Source: Octopus sinensis
Lineage: Eukaryota
Direction: 5' to 3'
DNA: 64,000 nucleotides
Assembly: GCF_006345805.1 (NCBI RefSeq)
Contig: NC_043006.1
Location: 10,726,001 to 10,790,000, forward strand
The notes under the pieces are model-generated. The model saw only the letters and a list, made by a program, of their open reading frames with translations, did no database searches and was not told where the DNA came from. Shown one piece after another: positions 39,627 to 54,582 of the stretch. Position 1 is the stretch's first letter. Every line of letters begins with the position of its first letter. Made by a program: the position numbers and the translations under genes.

Positions 39627-39851
39627 ATGGAGGCACATGGCCTAGTGGTTAGAGCAGGAGATTCGCAGTCGAGGGATCACGGGTTCGAATCTCAGACCGG
39701 GCAAAACACCTAAGTTCCACGCGGCTCCGACAGAAGGTAATGGCGAACTTCTGCTGACACTTTCGCCACAACTTTCTCTCAATCTTTCCACCTGCATCTT
39801 GCAGCTCACCTGCGACGTGCCGGTGTCCCGTCCAGGTGGGGAGCATATACG

Positions 39852-39855
<4 letters not shown>
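39627..39855 (+). mobile_element. tRNA-derived SINE (family C/D variant)
   Basis: ggaggcacatggcctagtggttagagc...gggttcgaatct head. Confidence 0.8.
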
Positions 39856-39907
<52 letters not shown>

Positions 39908-40308
39908 GATAGGACAGACAGACAGACAGACAGGCAGGCAGATCGAAGGGGAGGGAATATGTTTGCCTTACTTCGGTAATCATAATCATAATCTATTAAT
40001 AGCGTGGATGTCTGTGCCCGTGAATGTGTGTGCGCATGTGTAATACAATCATCTGTATGTCCATCTATGGATATAAATACATTTATTTATTAATATCTTA
40101 TACACCCTCGTGTGTTTGTGCCGTTTGCTAATATATAAGTTGTCTGTATGAGGACATAAGTTCCATTGTTGTCTCTTACAGATGCAACTCCTACGATTCT
40201 AAAAAAAAAATAATAATATTTCATATTCAGTAACAAATCATATCTGTCTCTGTCTGTGTATTTCCGTATTTAGCACCTAAACGCTCCTGGCTGCTTGAAG
40301 ATCTGTGT

Positions 40309-40345
<37 letters not shown>

Positions 40346-41414
40346 TATTATTATTATTACAAAGTTATTTTCCCAGTTATATGTCTGTTCGATATGTATC
40401 ATTTTTATCCTTATATTACGCGTCTGTGGGAAGAGCTGTGTCACTGAGAGAAATCATCATTTAGTATCTCTGATTTTAACGATAACCAAAGTGTGAGTGT
40501 GGTGTGTGTGTGTGTATGTGTGAGTGTGTGTGTCAGTGTGTGTGTGGGGTATGTGTGTGTGTGACTACCTTGCACACACTATGAGTTCTGTACTCTTCCT
40601 CACAAATACACAAAAAAATAACTAATTTATTTTTTTACTAAACTGTTTTCTGGCGAAGGCTACTACTTTCGTTTTTATTTTTATTTTCAGCTCATGTTGT
40701 TTACGTTATTAAGAAGTATAGATATACTTTTGATATCTTCTCTCGAAAACATTGCAATGTGATTTCAATATTACTATAAGCACACATTTTTTTCCTTCTG
40801 AAATAATAAGACATTGATTGTGCGACGCCAATGGCTTTTAGCAACACTCTTTTCCTTGCTTTATATTAGCAATATAATTGCATGGTGGACTGCACTAAAT
40901 ATTTAGATACGACAGCTTTCGTTATGGGCTTTCTTTCCTTGATTTTTACATAATTTTTCTGTCCACTCTTTAACCTTTTCTGGGAAGCTGTGCACCTGAG
41001 AACCGTATTCAATAACTACTTTATATAGTGATTCTGTTGACCTAAGGGATACATCAGCGAGATTATTTTTGAAATCCTACTGTATTGTATTAAAACAGAG
41101 GGATACAACGATTGGAATAATCCTAGATTGCAATACATTTGACCATTGGCCTGTCCATTTAATAAAAGGCTTGTCCAACGAAATTTCCTTTGGACTAAAA
41201 CAAAAAAAAATGTCATTAAACATAGGTACGGTTCTCTTCTGAGTACAACGTACATTATCTGAATGGAAGCGAATATTCTGATTTATAAAATAATATCCTT
41301 ATCTTGCCTCTAGTTCCTGTTCTGAGGTTGGAGCGAAATAGAAAATACTTGGCATTTTGAATATGCTTCTGTGACAATGTCCATTTAACTATGAGTAATT
41401 TCTCCGTCTATATA

Positions 41415-41827
41415 CTCTTTACTCTTTTACTCTTTTACTTGTTTCAGTCATTTGACTGCGGCCATGCTGGAGCACCGCCTTTAGTCGAGCAAATCGACCC
41501 CGGGACTTATTCTTTGTAAGCCCAGTACTTATTCTATCGGTCTCTTTTGCCGAACCGCTAAGTGACGGGGACATAAACACACCAGCATCGGTTGTCAAGC
41601 AATGCTAGGGGGGGGGGGGTAAACACAGACACACACATACATATATGTATATATACATATATACGACAGGCTTCTTTCAGTTTCCGTCTACCAAATCCAC
41701 TCACAAGGCATTGGTCGGCCCGAGGCTATAGCAGAAGACACTTGCCCAAAATGCCACGCAGTGGGACCGAACCCGGAACCATGTGGTTGGTTAGCAAGCT
41801 ACTTACCGCACAGCCACTCCTGCGCCT
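41415..41827 (-). mobile_element. SINE family B, full length
   Basis: Near-identical inverse of 6641-7043. Confidence 0.93.
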
Positions 41828-42691
41828 AAGTACCACTTCCTATAAAGGTTTGCCGAACGACTGCAAAATTCAACTTTGTCGGTGAATGTGACAACGAATA
41901 GGCCTCCGTATAGTAGTCAAACCAATAAGAAACATCAGTTGAAATTCTCTCGAACCCTGCTCTGAATGTTAAAATAAGGACGTATCTGGAAAAAAAAATC
42001 GATAGTGTGCTCACAGCTGGAACATCAGTCTTTGCCATAAGTCTTCTTGATTAAGGAGCTAACCAACAACAACATACAAGGCTTTCATTTACATATATTA
42101 CTATTTACATTTATGGTGTAAAGCAGTCAGAACTATTTAATTTTCTGGCTAGAGTTCCAGTTTATATTATTGAATAACACTTATAAGAAACGTGTCTGCG
42201 CGTTTGTTAATGGTTGTTGATCAGCAGATAACAGCACTTAGATATTTTATAGTATATGAATAGATATGTATCTGTATATCTTTGTATGTATTTGGTTATG
42301 TATATGTGTGAATCTATATGTAATGTTCTGCTATCCACTTCGATCATTAAGTAATAAAATTGATTCAATCCCAAGACGATCACGTTAACTCTTCGAAATC
42401 TGATTTGTTTTATAGTCAACGAGCAGGCTTTTCTGTGGAAACATGGTCCTTCTACAGCATATTTCCTTCGATAAGTGTGTATGTTTGTATTTCACACACA
42501 CATATATATATATACATATCACAGGTGATATGTTACTAAATTCTGTTTTTAAATGACTTGCTTTGAAGTTTTGCATTCGGCACAATTTGTTTATTTTAGT
42601 AGTTTTGACTGCAAGTGTCCCTCCTAGCGTGCGTGGGGTACCTATGAATAATAGTACCCTCTATATAATATATACATATATATACATACAC

Positions 42692-42722
<31 letters not shown>

Positions 42723-42723
42723 A

Positions 42724-42774
<51 letters not shown>

Positions 42775-42852
42775 TGCAATACGAGAGTATTGCTTCCAGT
42801 AAAGAATAGCCCGTGAGGGAAAATTATACAGAAAAGCAAATAAATTTATTTG

Positions 42853-42975
<123 letters not shown>

Positions 42976-43719
42976 TATATATATATATATGCGTCTATAT
43001 ACATAAACTTATATGTATACACTGTAGATATATATGGTGTTCGTGATTCTGTGTGTCTGCGCGCACATGTGTCTGTGGTGCGTGTGTGTGTGCGCGTGAA
43101 TGTGTGTGATATGTGCTAATTTACTAGATGAAGTACTAGGGTTCATTTTCGTCAGTTCGAACATGGCATTAATCACAAACTTTCTTTAGAGATTATGTCA
43201 TTAACAAGAACATAAGAAATAACATACGTCTAGACAGGATAAACTCATGGATAGGTCAAACTAAATTATATTGTAAAAGAAAACAAAGGTACTGGATATG
43301 ATACGCATAACCTTATTGTACGGAACAGTTTCGTCAAATTTACGACTCATTAGTGGATTATTGATTTATGCAACTATGAAACTAAGTGGACAATCTAACT
43401 CGGTATGACCAATACCAGCCCACTTAATGGTTTCATATATATGTACATGTGTATCCTTACGTATACATGTCTATATATTTGTATATACTTATATGTGTGT
43501 GTATGTATGTGAGTGTTTTCTGTGTGGGCGATGTAGGCCGAGTCAGTCTGTTGTCATTCTAGATTTTCGTCTGTAATTTTATATAGTCGTCAGGCAAATC
43601 TGTATATATGGAGAAAAACGAATCCTCAAAAATCTGTTCTTATTCGCGGAGGAGTATATATGCGCAATCACTCAGCCTGTAAGAGAGATCAGTTAAATTT
43701 CACCGTAATGGGCATAGAA

Positions 43720-43875
43720 GCAAGCGTGGCTGCGTGGTAAGAATCTTGCTTCCCAACCACATGACTTCGAATTCAGTCCACCGCGTGGCACCTTAGTCAA
43801 ATGTGTTCTACTATTATCTCGGGACGCCCAAAGTGAGTGGATTTGGTAGACAGAAACTGAAAGAAGCCCGCCGTG

Positions 43876-43914
<39 letters not shown>

Positions 43915-43933
43915 ATGTGTATATATATATGTG

Positions 43934-43968
<35 letters not shown>

Positions 43969-44212
43969 CATATGTTTGTGTGTGTGTATTTGTGTCAGTG
44001 TTTGGCCCACATTACTGCTTGACAACCGGTGAAGTTGTTTATACGTCCCCGTAATAAGCAGTTCGGTAGAGAGATCGATAGAATATTACCAGGTTTAAAG
44101 AAAACGAACAGGTGCTGTGGTCGATTCATTCGTCTAAAAAAATACAAAGATTTTTCCAGCCAGTGCCCCAGCATTGCCGCAATCTAATGATTGAAACAAG
44201 TAACGGATAACA
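43720..44212 (+). mobile_element. SINE family B (diverged)
   Basis: Head, internal microsatellite and tail present. Confidence 0.85.
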
Positions 44213-44457
44213 GATAGTCTTAAGAATTGAAAATATACGCATTAGATAATGTAAACCTAAATAAAGTCCTTCAAAAAACAGGATATCTATAGTTAAAAAT
44301 TCTTTGATCATATACAGCTATACGAGAACAGAAGTCTTGCATAATATCAGCTTCTTGTATTGGGGCTTTTGCAGGTGAATAAAATCGAATATGGTATTAT
44401 GGAATTTTAACGTTATACCTGAGAAAGCAGTAAATTTGAAAAACATTAAATGATTAT

Positions 44458-44678
44458 TTAGTTTTGGGATTTGGTTTACAAGATTCTTTATATGAGTTCG
44501 TGTGTTGAAGCATATTCTGTTGTGTCTGAGGAGAGACATTTTCTTTTTGTGCCTTATTATTTAACACACTCACCGGTAAAATGTTAGGAGAATAAAAATA
44601 AGGAATAAGTGGAAATTTTACCAGTGAGTGTATTAAATAGTAAGGCACAAAAAGAAAATGACTCTCCCCAGACACAAC
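44458..44678. mobile_element. Fold-back element family P3, copy 2 (centre deleted)
   Basis: gttgtgtctg...accggtaaaat is inverse to attttaccagt...cagacacaac. Confidence 0.85.
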
Positions 44679-44834
44679 GGACTTTGTTAATGAACTGACG
44701 CAGTTATATTTAGAATGGGGTTACATGTAGAATGTTCTAGATCAGAGGTTTCAAATGTGTTTTAGAGGCAAGCCATCTTTGGAAATATTTTTTGCGACGA
44801 GCAAGCCAAAGACAATATAAAATGCGAATGAGAT

Positions 44835-44970
44835 CAAGTTCCACCGAGGTCGACCTTGCCTTTTATTGTTTCGGGGTCGATAAATTAGATATCAGTTGCG
44901 TACTAGGGGTGAAACTAATCGAATGGCCTCCTCCCCAAAACTTTCGGGCCTTGAGCTTACAGTAGAAAAG
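44835..44970 (+). mobile_element. SINE family A variant, 5'-truncated
   Basis: Core gaggtcgaccttgcc...ggggtcgataa. Confidence 0.75.
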
Positions 44971-45567
44971 ACTATAAAATACGAAACCATAATCACACTA
45001 GGCCAAAGGTAATCAAACAGCTTTTTAAACATTATCGTAATGTAATGAAATTATTAATAAAAAATTATACGACGTGAAAGGCTTTGTGTGCAATGTGCAT
45101 CCGTGCATGAAGTGCATGTACAGAGAAATCAAAACAGTTTATTTTTATCTGTCTGAATGGATGCGAGAGTACATAATTGGAGATGATTGCGGATTATTCC
45201 GCAAATACAAAATAATAAAATTAAATACTAATAAATAAAATAATTAACAAATCAAATTATAATTACATTTTTCTCATTTGTACATCTGCAATAAATATGA
45301 AATCAATGAGAATATGTTTAATCATAATTTAATTACAAATGTAGAATATTAATTAATTTCGGGTAAGGAAGCTTGACTAATTAACCAATTAGTATTGGTT
45401 AGTAAAATAATGTATGTATGCAAGTATGTATGTAGGTATGTGTGGATGCATATGTGTATGTGTGTGTATATATATATATGTGTGTGTTTATGTGTGTGTA
45501 TACATACATGCGTAAGTACATATATTTACGCACACACCACACAAATATATAGAGAGAGAGATAGATG

Positions 45568-45647
<80 letters not shown>

Positions 45648-46479
45648 TACATATATAGATATATATATATATATGTGTGTGTGTGTATATATATATAAAT
45701 AGTGGGGAAAATCCTTTGATACATTTCTTTGTTATTCGGTGTTTTGGACACTATTCAGTTATTTAGGGTTTTGGGAACAAGTATAACCTGGAACTAATCC
45801 TTCATTTATTTTTCTAGATGTCGTCTATTTACCTTGAGGAAAAGACGACAATCAGGGGGAAACTCCGGATTATTTATTACCTTCTTGTTGTTTAGTAAAT
45901 ACCAAAACATAGTCAATACGTTATATTTTGAGATGCACTAAACTCTAAAAAAACATACACAAATGTTACTATTTACACCTTTGTTGTAACAATATTTCTT
46001 GTGTTTTACTTTTTTTTGTGTTTTATATTTTTAATAAAAATCAAGATATGAAATAAATAATAAACTAAGATGTATGAAATGATCATCAAATGTAAGACTT
46101 AAAGAAATTAATCCTAGATGAATTTCTTCAAATGATTGGAGCTATTTAATGAATATTTATGAATATAACGTAGCTGTTTGTGGATCTTTCTGGAGATCTT
46201 ATAATAGTCTGGTTTACAAATATTTAATACTGCCATATACATAGATTGCACCCAGAATGCAGTCACACAACAGAACATATTGTTATAACTAATGCATTTA
46301 TTTATACCAAATTTCTTTACAACAAATTTAGTACTTGCATATTAATTCCTGAAAATAGTAATTATTCTAATTGCATAAATATAAATAAAAGTTTTCAGAT
46401 ATTTTCATGGGTGGCATTTAGTAATTTCAAAGGTGCACAGGTAACTAAGATCCTTGATAGAAAGATCGGCGGATTTCAC

Positions 46480-46615
46480 TGCACATGTTGTAGTGCTCCA
46501 ACCACTTCATGAAGGCCTCATGGAAGTGTTCTAAGGTGAAAGTGTCCAGGGACTTTGTCACAGCCACCTTCATTTTGAAATCTATTGCCTATCAGGCTGC
46601 CCTTCAGCTCGTGAA
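46480..46615 (-). mobile_element. Mariner transposase C-terminal remnant
   Basis: MKVAVTKSLDTFTLEHFHEAFMKWLEHYNMCSE resembles mariner C-termini. Confidence 0.5.
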
Positions 46616-46767
46616 AGAACCAGAAATCGAAGGGAGTAAGTTCTGTGCAGTAAGGAGAGTGAAGGACCGTTCTTATGATCATCTCTTTTAAATTAGATCC
46701 AGGTTAGAAACCGACTCTTTCTCTAATGGCAAGAAATCCTGATATAAAATTGAATAATGTCATACAG

Positions 46768-47150
46768 TGGAGGCGCAATGGCCCAGTGGTTAGGGCAGCG
46801 GACTCGCGGTCATAGGATCGCGGTTTCGATTCCCAGACCGGGCGTTGTGAGTGTTTATTGAGCGAAAACACCTAAAGCTCCACGAGGCTCCGGCAGGGGA
46901 TGGTGGTGATCCCTGCTGTACTCTTTCACCACAACTTTCTCTCACTCTTACTTCCTGTTTCTGTTGTACCTGTATTTCAAAGGGCCGGCCTTGTCACTCT
47001 CTGTGTCACGCTGAATATCCCCGAGAACTACGTTAAGGGTGCACGTGTCTGTGGAGTGCTCAGCCACTTACACGTTAATTTCACGAGCAGGCTGTTCCGT
47101 TGATTCGGATCAACCGGAACCCTCGTCGTCGTAACCGACGGAGAGCTCCC
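46768..47150 (+). mobile_element. SINE family C, full length with TSD
   Basis: A-box tggcccagtgg, B-box ggtttcgattcc; TSD tgtcataca. Confidence 0.93.
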
Positions 47151-47654
47151 ATCCTGTCATACACACATGCATACTTACAAACATACATATGGATACGTGA
47201 ACGCCTGTGACTTTTCTATTTTGGACTTCTACATCGCTGTTCACTTTTGGTTAATCATTTCTCTATTAACGAAGCAATCATCCTAGCACTTGATACAGAT
47301 ATGCACCAGATAATCACTCTTATGTAATTATGTCCAGTTTATTGGATTAGAAATTGACGGCATATGTAGATGCATATGATCATTTATATCTAAGTGTTTC
47401 AGCTGTATGTGTGGAAAACTATGCGTGGGAGCATTCCCGTGTGCGGAGGACCTTGAGCGTGTGTGTGTGTGTGCGTGTGTTATATGTGTAAGTCATATGT
47501 CTGTGTGTGCACACTTGTGTATCTGTGTGTTCGTTTTCGAAGATATGTTTTTATCTACTCATTTATATTATGTCCGTATGTGTATATGTGTGTGTATGCG
47601 AGTGTATGTGACTGTTTTTGTGCTCAAATATAATACTTGTATATCATATATATG

Positions 47655-47714
<60 letters not shown>

Positions 47715-47720
47715 GTGTGT

Positions 47721-48325
47721 AGCAAAATCAAGGAACGGCCATAATAGGCCATTCACCCACTAGAAATAACAGCCAAAGCTTCAACCGCAAAACAACATTA
47801 ATTCCGCAAACCAGGAGAAAATTAAAAAAACGTTTACCCTGTAGTTCTTTATACGATGCACCGTTTCATCTATTGTTTAATGGTAAACTAACCTGATTAA
47901 ATTAAATCAAGCTAGTCTTCCATAGGCCGATAGATTCGTCAGTAAAGAACGGCCAGATCGGAGCAGATATTTACACGAGGCACTTCCATCACTGTCTCGG
48001 CAATATCTGACCTAAAATTTTCAAATCATCGCACTCGCGCCAAATTTATCGGCAGCAAATATAAGCCGCCGATTCCATTACGGAATTAACCAGAAAATTC
48101 ATAATTAATCAATATAGGGTGGCAAAAAATTTCGTAGAATTCTTTTGCCACCAGCGGCCTAGTGGGAAAAAATTAAATAGTCATAGACCATTTATAAATT
48201 CAACAGCAAAATCAAGGAACGGCCATAATAGGCCATTCACCCACTAGAAATAACAGCCAAAGCTTCAACCGCAAAACAACATTAATTCCGCAAACCAGGA
48301 GAAAATTAAAAAAACATTTACCCTG
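47721..48325. repeat. 605-bp unit bounded by 121-bp direct repeats
   Basis: 47721-47841 and 48205-48325 differ at about 1 nt; TA-rich microsatellite flanks. Confidence 0.9.
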
Positions 48326-48340
48326 ATTAATTATATATAT

Positions 48341-48394
<54 letters not shown>

Positions 48395-49231
48395 ATATAT
48401 ATATACACATATATGTATATATATATACACGCACGCACACAGACACACACACACACATATATATATATATACACATATGTGTGCGTGTGTGTATAATATA
48501 CATAGAGAGTAATATTCTAGCACAAACGCACTCATATACACTTACATTCAAACACACATATATACATGTACATAGATAGGTTTGCATATTTTTGTTCATG
48601 TGTTCATGTGTTTGTTTGTATACATATATGTATATATGTATGTATAGATAGATAGATAGAGAGAGAGAGATAAATAAATAGATAGATAGATAGATAGATA
48701 TAATGCAGATAAGTAACAAGGATGTCCAGGTATCAATGATTTTACTGCCGTTTTAAGCGGTTCCACTTAATCGATCAATGAAAACATTACATCAATTTGA
48801 AAGAAGTCTCTCTTCTCAGGAGTGGATGACCATATAGATTTCCAACAGTAAGGATAAACTATTTTTAGCAAATTTATATTAGAACTATAAACCAAAATCA
48901 CTACATTTTGGACAGAATGAATTGAGAGTATAATGCATACCTTATTAAGCCTACTATGACTTAGAGAACAGTAAAGGAAAATAGTGAGTGTCAAGATATA
49001 GGAGTGGTGACGTAGTATATATATATTTATTTTCATTTTTATTTATAAGACTTTTATGCAGCACGTAGTCTACATCCATTTAGAATTAAATTCACTGGGA
49101 GTTGTCAGCTATGTTCTAATCCAGCGTGATAAATTAATTGCTGTCAGACAACCTCCCAAGCCCTTATTTTATTGGGACCATATATCTAGCTTTATCTACA
49201 TAAAAGGATATATCTCAGAGCTGCATTTGTG

Positions 49232-49289
<58 letters not shown>

Positions 49290-50214
49290 TAACGAGAAGC
49301 GAAATTTGTAAAATCGTCTCCACGAATTAAACCTCGTGTTTACTTTAAACTGTACAACCGTACTTATCAGAAAACCTATAATGATATAAACTATGATTCC
49401 TAATACCAGTGTCTTAGCGGGAAACTGTGATAATGTGATAATATTGAAGTATGATATATATATATATATATATAGAATCCACCGACAGTGTTATAGATGA
49501 GATTGTTTGGTTATGATATCCTTACTTAATGATATAAATGATAATTACTCTTGTCTTAATCTAAGATGTATATACCCAAGAGGTGTATACTTCTTAGATT
49601 AAGAAACTAATAAAATAATGTCAGTATATAAAGGTAGATAGATAGACAAATCGATAGTTATATAGATAGAGAGACAGACAGGTAGGGAAACATATGTTAA
49701 CATAAAGATGAAGATCAGTGAAAAACAGAATACCTATGCTGAACACTATTGAGAAATCTGCAGTTATCCTATCCAGATTACAAGTTCAGGTTTGTAATTG
49801 TAATTATTGGGGCCCTGGGATATGTAACATTGCCTAAATACCTATCTTAAGAAATTAGGTTTCTCAAAACCAGAAGAGAAAGCTAATTCGAATACTACAG
49901 ATCCCATCCATCACTGGAACTGAAAGAATTTGTAAAACTTTCCAGAAGTTTATCATTTAAGATATATGAGCATATCTAGATATGTAACTACATACATAAA
50001 ACATGCAAATCTGCATATACATACATACATATAAAAATACCCTGCTTTTATAATGATGGAATCTTTGATCTAGGTTAGAAACCGGTTCTTTCTCTATTGG
50101 CAAGAAATCTCGAAATAAATTGAAGAAAAGACATACATACAGGCATACATACATACATACATACATACATACATACATACATACATACATACATACATAC
50201 ATACATACATAAGG

Positions 50215-50595
50215 CATATGCGTGGCTGAGTGGTAAGAAGCTTACTTAAAAACTCACGGTTCCGGTTTCAGTCCCACTGCGTAGTATCTTGGGCAAGTGT
50301 TTTCTACTATTGCCTCGAGTCTACCAAAGCCTTGTGAGTGATATGTATATATGCATGTATGTATGAGTGTGTATGTGTGTGTATGTGTATGTATGTCTGT
50401 ATTTGTCCCTCCATTATCGCTTGACAACCGGTGTTGATGTATTTACGTTCCCGTAAGTTAACGGTTCGGCAAACGGAACGATAAAATAAGTACTAGGCTT
50501 TAAAAAGAAATAAGTCCTTTGGTCGATCTGTTTGACTAAAACCCTGCCATGCGCTACTCCAGCCAAAGGACTGGACCAAATATAAGAATAAAATA
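50215..50595 (+). mobile_element. SINE family B (diverged)
   Basis: Head and tail homology. Confidence 0.8.
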
Positions 50596-51174
50596 ATGTG
50601 TGTGCCTGTGTATGTGTATGTGTGTGTGCGTGCGTGTGTGTGTAAACGTGGAGAGAGAGAGAGCAAGGAAGGAAGGAAGGAAGGTAACCGTCGGAAAACA
50701 AGCAGAAGATACAGTAGATATCAGGAGAAAAATGTAAAGAACGGAAGAAAGAAATAGAGAAATAGAAAGGAAAATGCCACCATCTTTGGCCTGGAGTAAT
50801 TGACAAATTGCATGTCTACGTGTTGTGCTTTTGTGTGAACAGCAGGCACAGAGTGAGGACATATTGGTCCAGAATAGATCAGCAGCAGATTATCGACATT
50901 AGGATAAAACTGTGATATGCAAACATGGCGACGATATTATAGCATCACGCAAAATCCAAATTTATGCTACACTGCAGGCGTTCTTGTAACTAAGTGTTGT
51001 AAAATGACGCTTATCTGATCAGGGGTCTGTGGTAATGTGTGAATTGAGTTTGTAATATTGTGTCAAGTAATTTTATGAATCAAGTAATTTTATATGTAGT
51101 TGGTTATCTGCTCTAATGCAAAAATATCTATTTTATTCAGTCCTATATTTAATATATATGTAAGTATTTAATAT

Positions 51175-51602
51175 AGTAATACAACACTTCGCAAATATCT
51201 CCTTCGAGTAAAACCACCAATAGAAGAGAATATGACCAAAGACTGCGTGTACTCCATCCCATGCAGCTGTGGTAGGTTATACAAAGGCGAAACATGCCGC
51301 CCGCTCAAAATAAGATTAGAATCGGGTATAGCTGATCAGGTGTGGAAAAATGGAGACTGCCTCCCCCTGTAGGATGAAGTTAAAATAATAGATAGAGAAC
51401 ACAATTGAAAAATACGAAACTTAAAGAAGCAGTATATATGATAGGACACAACAACTTCCTAAGCAGACCGAGTGCAGATATGAGCTGATATATGGGAACC
51501 GCTATATTAGATTTATAAGCCCTAAAATTCACTCCATACTTGCCCCACGAACATATGGCGTAGTGGTTAAGAGCGTGGGCTACTAACCTCAAGATTCCGA
51601 GT
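51175..51602 (+). mobile_element. Penelope-like element 3' fragment: GIY-YIG endonuclease pseudogene followed by a tRNA-like module
   Basis: Frame from 51175 reads ...KDCVYSIPCSCGRLYKGETCRPLKIRLE..SGIADQVW..KIIDRE, with stops; A-box tggcgtagtgg at 51556-51566. Confidence 0.85.
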
Positions 51603-51676
51603 CCTCTTTAAATGTTCACGTTTCGTTCCATTTCGATGGGATGTTCACTCATTGAGTAGCTTAACACTACACTACC

Positions 51677-51909
51677 TATTTCTTTACTACCCACAAGGGG
51701 CTAAACACAGAGAGGACAAACAAGGATAGACAAACGGGTTAAGTCGATTATATACGATTATATGCGTAACTGGTACTTATTTAATCGACCCTGAACGGAT
51801 GAAAGGCAAAGCCGACCTCGGCGGATTTTGAACTCAGAACTTAGCGGCAGACTATATACTGCTAAGCATTTCGCCCAGTATGCTAACGATTCTGCCAGCT
51901 CGTCGCCTT
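51677..51909 (-). mobile_element. SINE family A with TSD
   Basis: TSD cactacactacc. Confidence 0.88.
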
Positions 51910-53213
51910 AAATCACTACACTACCGTTCTACGGAATAGTAGTATGCCTACTTTACTTACACCAGCTTGGTGCATTTATTGGAATGTTCCATCAGTAATC
52001 ATGAATTTGAAAGCTGTGAATATATTTTGGTTTGCTATGGTTGCGTTAAGGTCCTACTGATAGCACTGTGAACGGTTTTGGTGATAATGTTATGTCTCAT
52101 GAAAGGGTATGCCTTGCAGGCGTTTTTCGATATTTACCGATAATGTGGATATCTACCATCCTGACATAATCGATATTTATTTTCTATCATAACGTGGGAA
52201 CTTAGGGATCTTCCTTATCGCTCTTATTGATAAAATATTTAGTAGCAAACTCCTGCTCCATATCAGAAGCGTAGCCCTTAAGGTGAATAGTGATGTGTCT
52301 ACCAAAAGCCTAGAAGAGACTTCTGTGGCTGTCAGCATTGTTGGTTTGTGTGTAAGAACGTATTTTTGTTAGTGTGTTTATATAAAGGAGGGAAGAAAGG
52401 AAGGAAACCGTCGAAAAACAAGCAGATGATACAGTAGATAACGGGAGAAAAATGTAAAGAACGGAAGAAAGAAATAGAGAAATAGATAGGAAAATGCCAC
52501 CATCTTTGGCCTGGAGTATATAATATTCATACTCATTCGTTATGTTTATTGTCCCTACTGTGGTGTTGTGTCTGTCCTTGTATTGTCCCCTCTGTGTTAG
52601 TGGCCTGAGTGCCAAATAACGAAAGTGTGTTTATATGAACGGGAATGTATTTAGGTATGCGTGAGTGTATGTAATGTGTGTGTAGGTGTGTGTTAGTATA
52701 TAAAAATGTATGTATGTGTATATGTGTATGTATGTATGTACGTATGCTTATAGATATGTGTATTTACGTGAGAGTGCAAGAGAGTAGGAAGCGTATGTAC
52801 TTATGTGTGTGTGTATGAGTGTGCGTGTGTGTGTGTGTGTGTGTTTGTGTTATCTCGAAACTTCAAGAATTGAACTAAATTTATGTATCACGCGTGTCCT
52901 AAGAATTGTGATCGATGTTTAAGTAGGTGAAGAAACAACGGAATTTGAATAGCAGTAGTGTGGGAAGGGTACAAACAGTAGCACTTGGCAGTCATTTGAC
53001 CAGCTAGCTTTGGGCATGTGTGTATACGCCTGTTTGAGATTGCACAGCAACAGATATAGACACGCATACGCACATTATACTCAGGACATTTATACATATA
53101 TATATGTCTATCTCCAGGTAATGTTACACAAATATACACATACATGTTCTTAGATGTGTACATATGGATGACCTGCTCTTTGCTTTACACGCACAAAGAC
53201 AAACACATTAACA

Positions 53214-53287
<74 letters not shown>

Positions 53288-53472
53288 TTCAGATGAATAT
53301 GGTACTTAATTTAAAGGCACCAGAATTTGGTATGGTATTATCCATATAGATCAAATGGGATGATTATACTTACGTTGCTTAATAAAATGAAGTAGCATGA
53401 AACGATTGTACTACACTACCTAGGATATCCTTGTTGCTTATTTTGATTATATATATATATATATATATATAC

Positions 53473-53806
53473 TTCGTATTCGGATTTGGTTTGCAAGAAT
53501 CTTTATGTGAGTTAGTGTGTTGCAGAATATTTTGTTGTGTCTAGGAAGAGGCAATTTCTTTTAGTGCCTTAGATTTTATCACATTCACTGATAAAGTTTC
53601 CACTCATTTTCTTATATATTTTTCAAAGATTTCCGTTGCGTCTTGCAACTTTTTCAGTAGCCATTGACTCTCATTGACTATTGAAAAAGTTGCAAGATGC
53701 AGCGAAAGTTTTCGAAAACTTAATAAGTAAATGAGTGGAATATTTACCGGTGAGTGTGTTAAATAATACGGCACTAAGATAATGATTTTCTCCAGACACA
53801 ACAAAA
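53473..53806. mobile_element. Fold-back element family P3, copy 3
   Basis: Arms 53530-53660 / 53678-53806; right arm cta-TTGAAAA-a-GTTGC aagat GCAGC-GAAA. Confidence 0.85.
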
Positions 53807-53866
53807 CACACACACACACACACACACATACACACGCACACACACACACACACCACACACACACAC

Positions 53867-54016
<150 letters not shown>

Positions 54017-54071
54017 AACTATTTAAAGCAGCAGACAATTAAAAAAAACCCTGTTATATATAAACGATAAA

Positions 54072-54364
54072 CGTCGCCCTTTTCAAGCCTAATCAGGCTC
54101 ATGGTTTCCCGGTTTCTGTGGCATATGTGTCCCCCCACCCCAACTGGACGGGACGCCAGTCCATCGCAGCATTACTCAAGAAACAGGAAGAGAGAGAGAG
54201 AGTGAGAGAAAGATGTGGCGAAAAAGTGCAACAGGGGTCGCCCCCCCCCTACAGAACGTTCGTGGAGCTTTTAGGTGTTTTCACTCAATAAACATACACA
54301 ACACCCGGTCTGGGAATCGAAACCGCGAGTCCGCTGCCCTAACCACTGAGCTGTTGCGCCTCCA
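54072..54364 (-). mobile_element. SINE, family C head with D-type tail
   Basis: Head matches 46768; tail matches 8100-8208. Confidence 0.8.
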
Positions 54365-54449
54365 CACACACACACACATATATATAAATGTATATATGTA
54401 TGCATGTAGTATGTATGTATTTGTGTATGTGTGTATATATATATATATA

Positions 54450-54582
<133 letters not shown>

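Larger units (their letters stand above)
50670..52518. repeat. Two direct copies of a ~130-bp purine-rich element (50670-50798, 52390-52518)
   Basis: aaccgtcg...aaatgccaccatctttggcctggagta in both. Confidence 0.85.

Noticed and set aside
46768-46842. tRNA-like sequences (also 6641, 7961, 15053, 39627, 51549) as tRNA genes
   Set aside because: They continue into SINE or Penelope bodies and lack proper acceptor stems.
50556-50798. Apparent 14-bp TIR pair (tactccag(g)ccaaag)
   Set aside because: The left copy is explained as the degenerate SINE B tail, and the second copy at 52390 has no partner.
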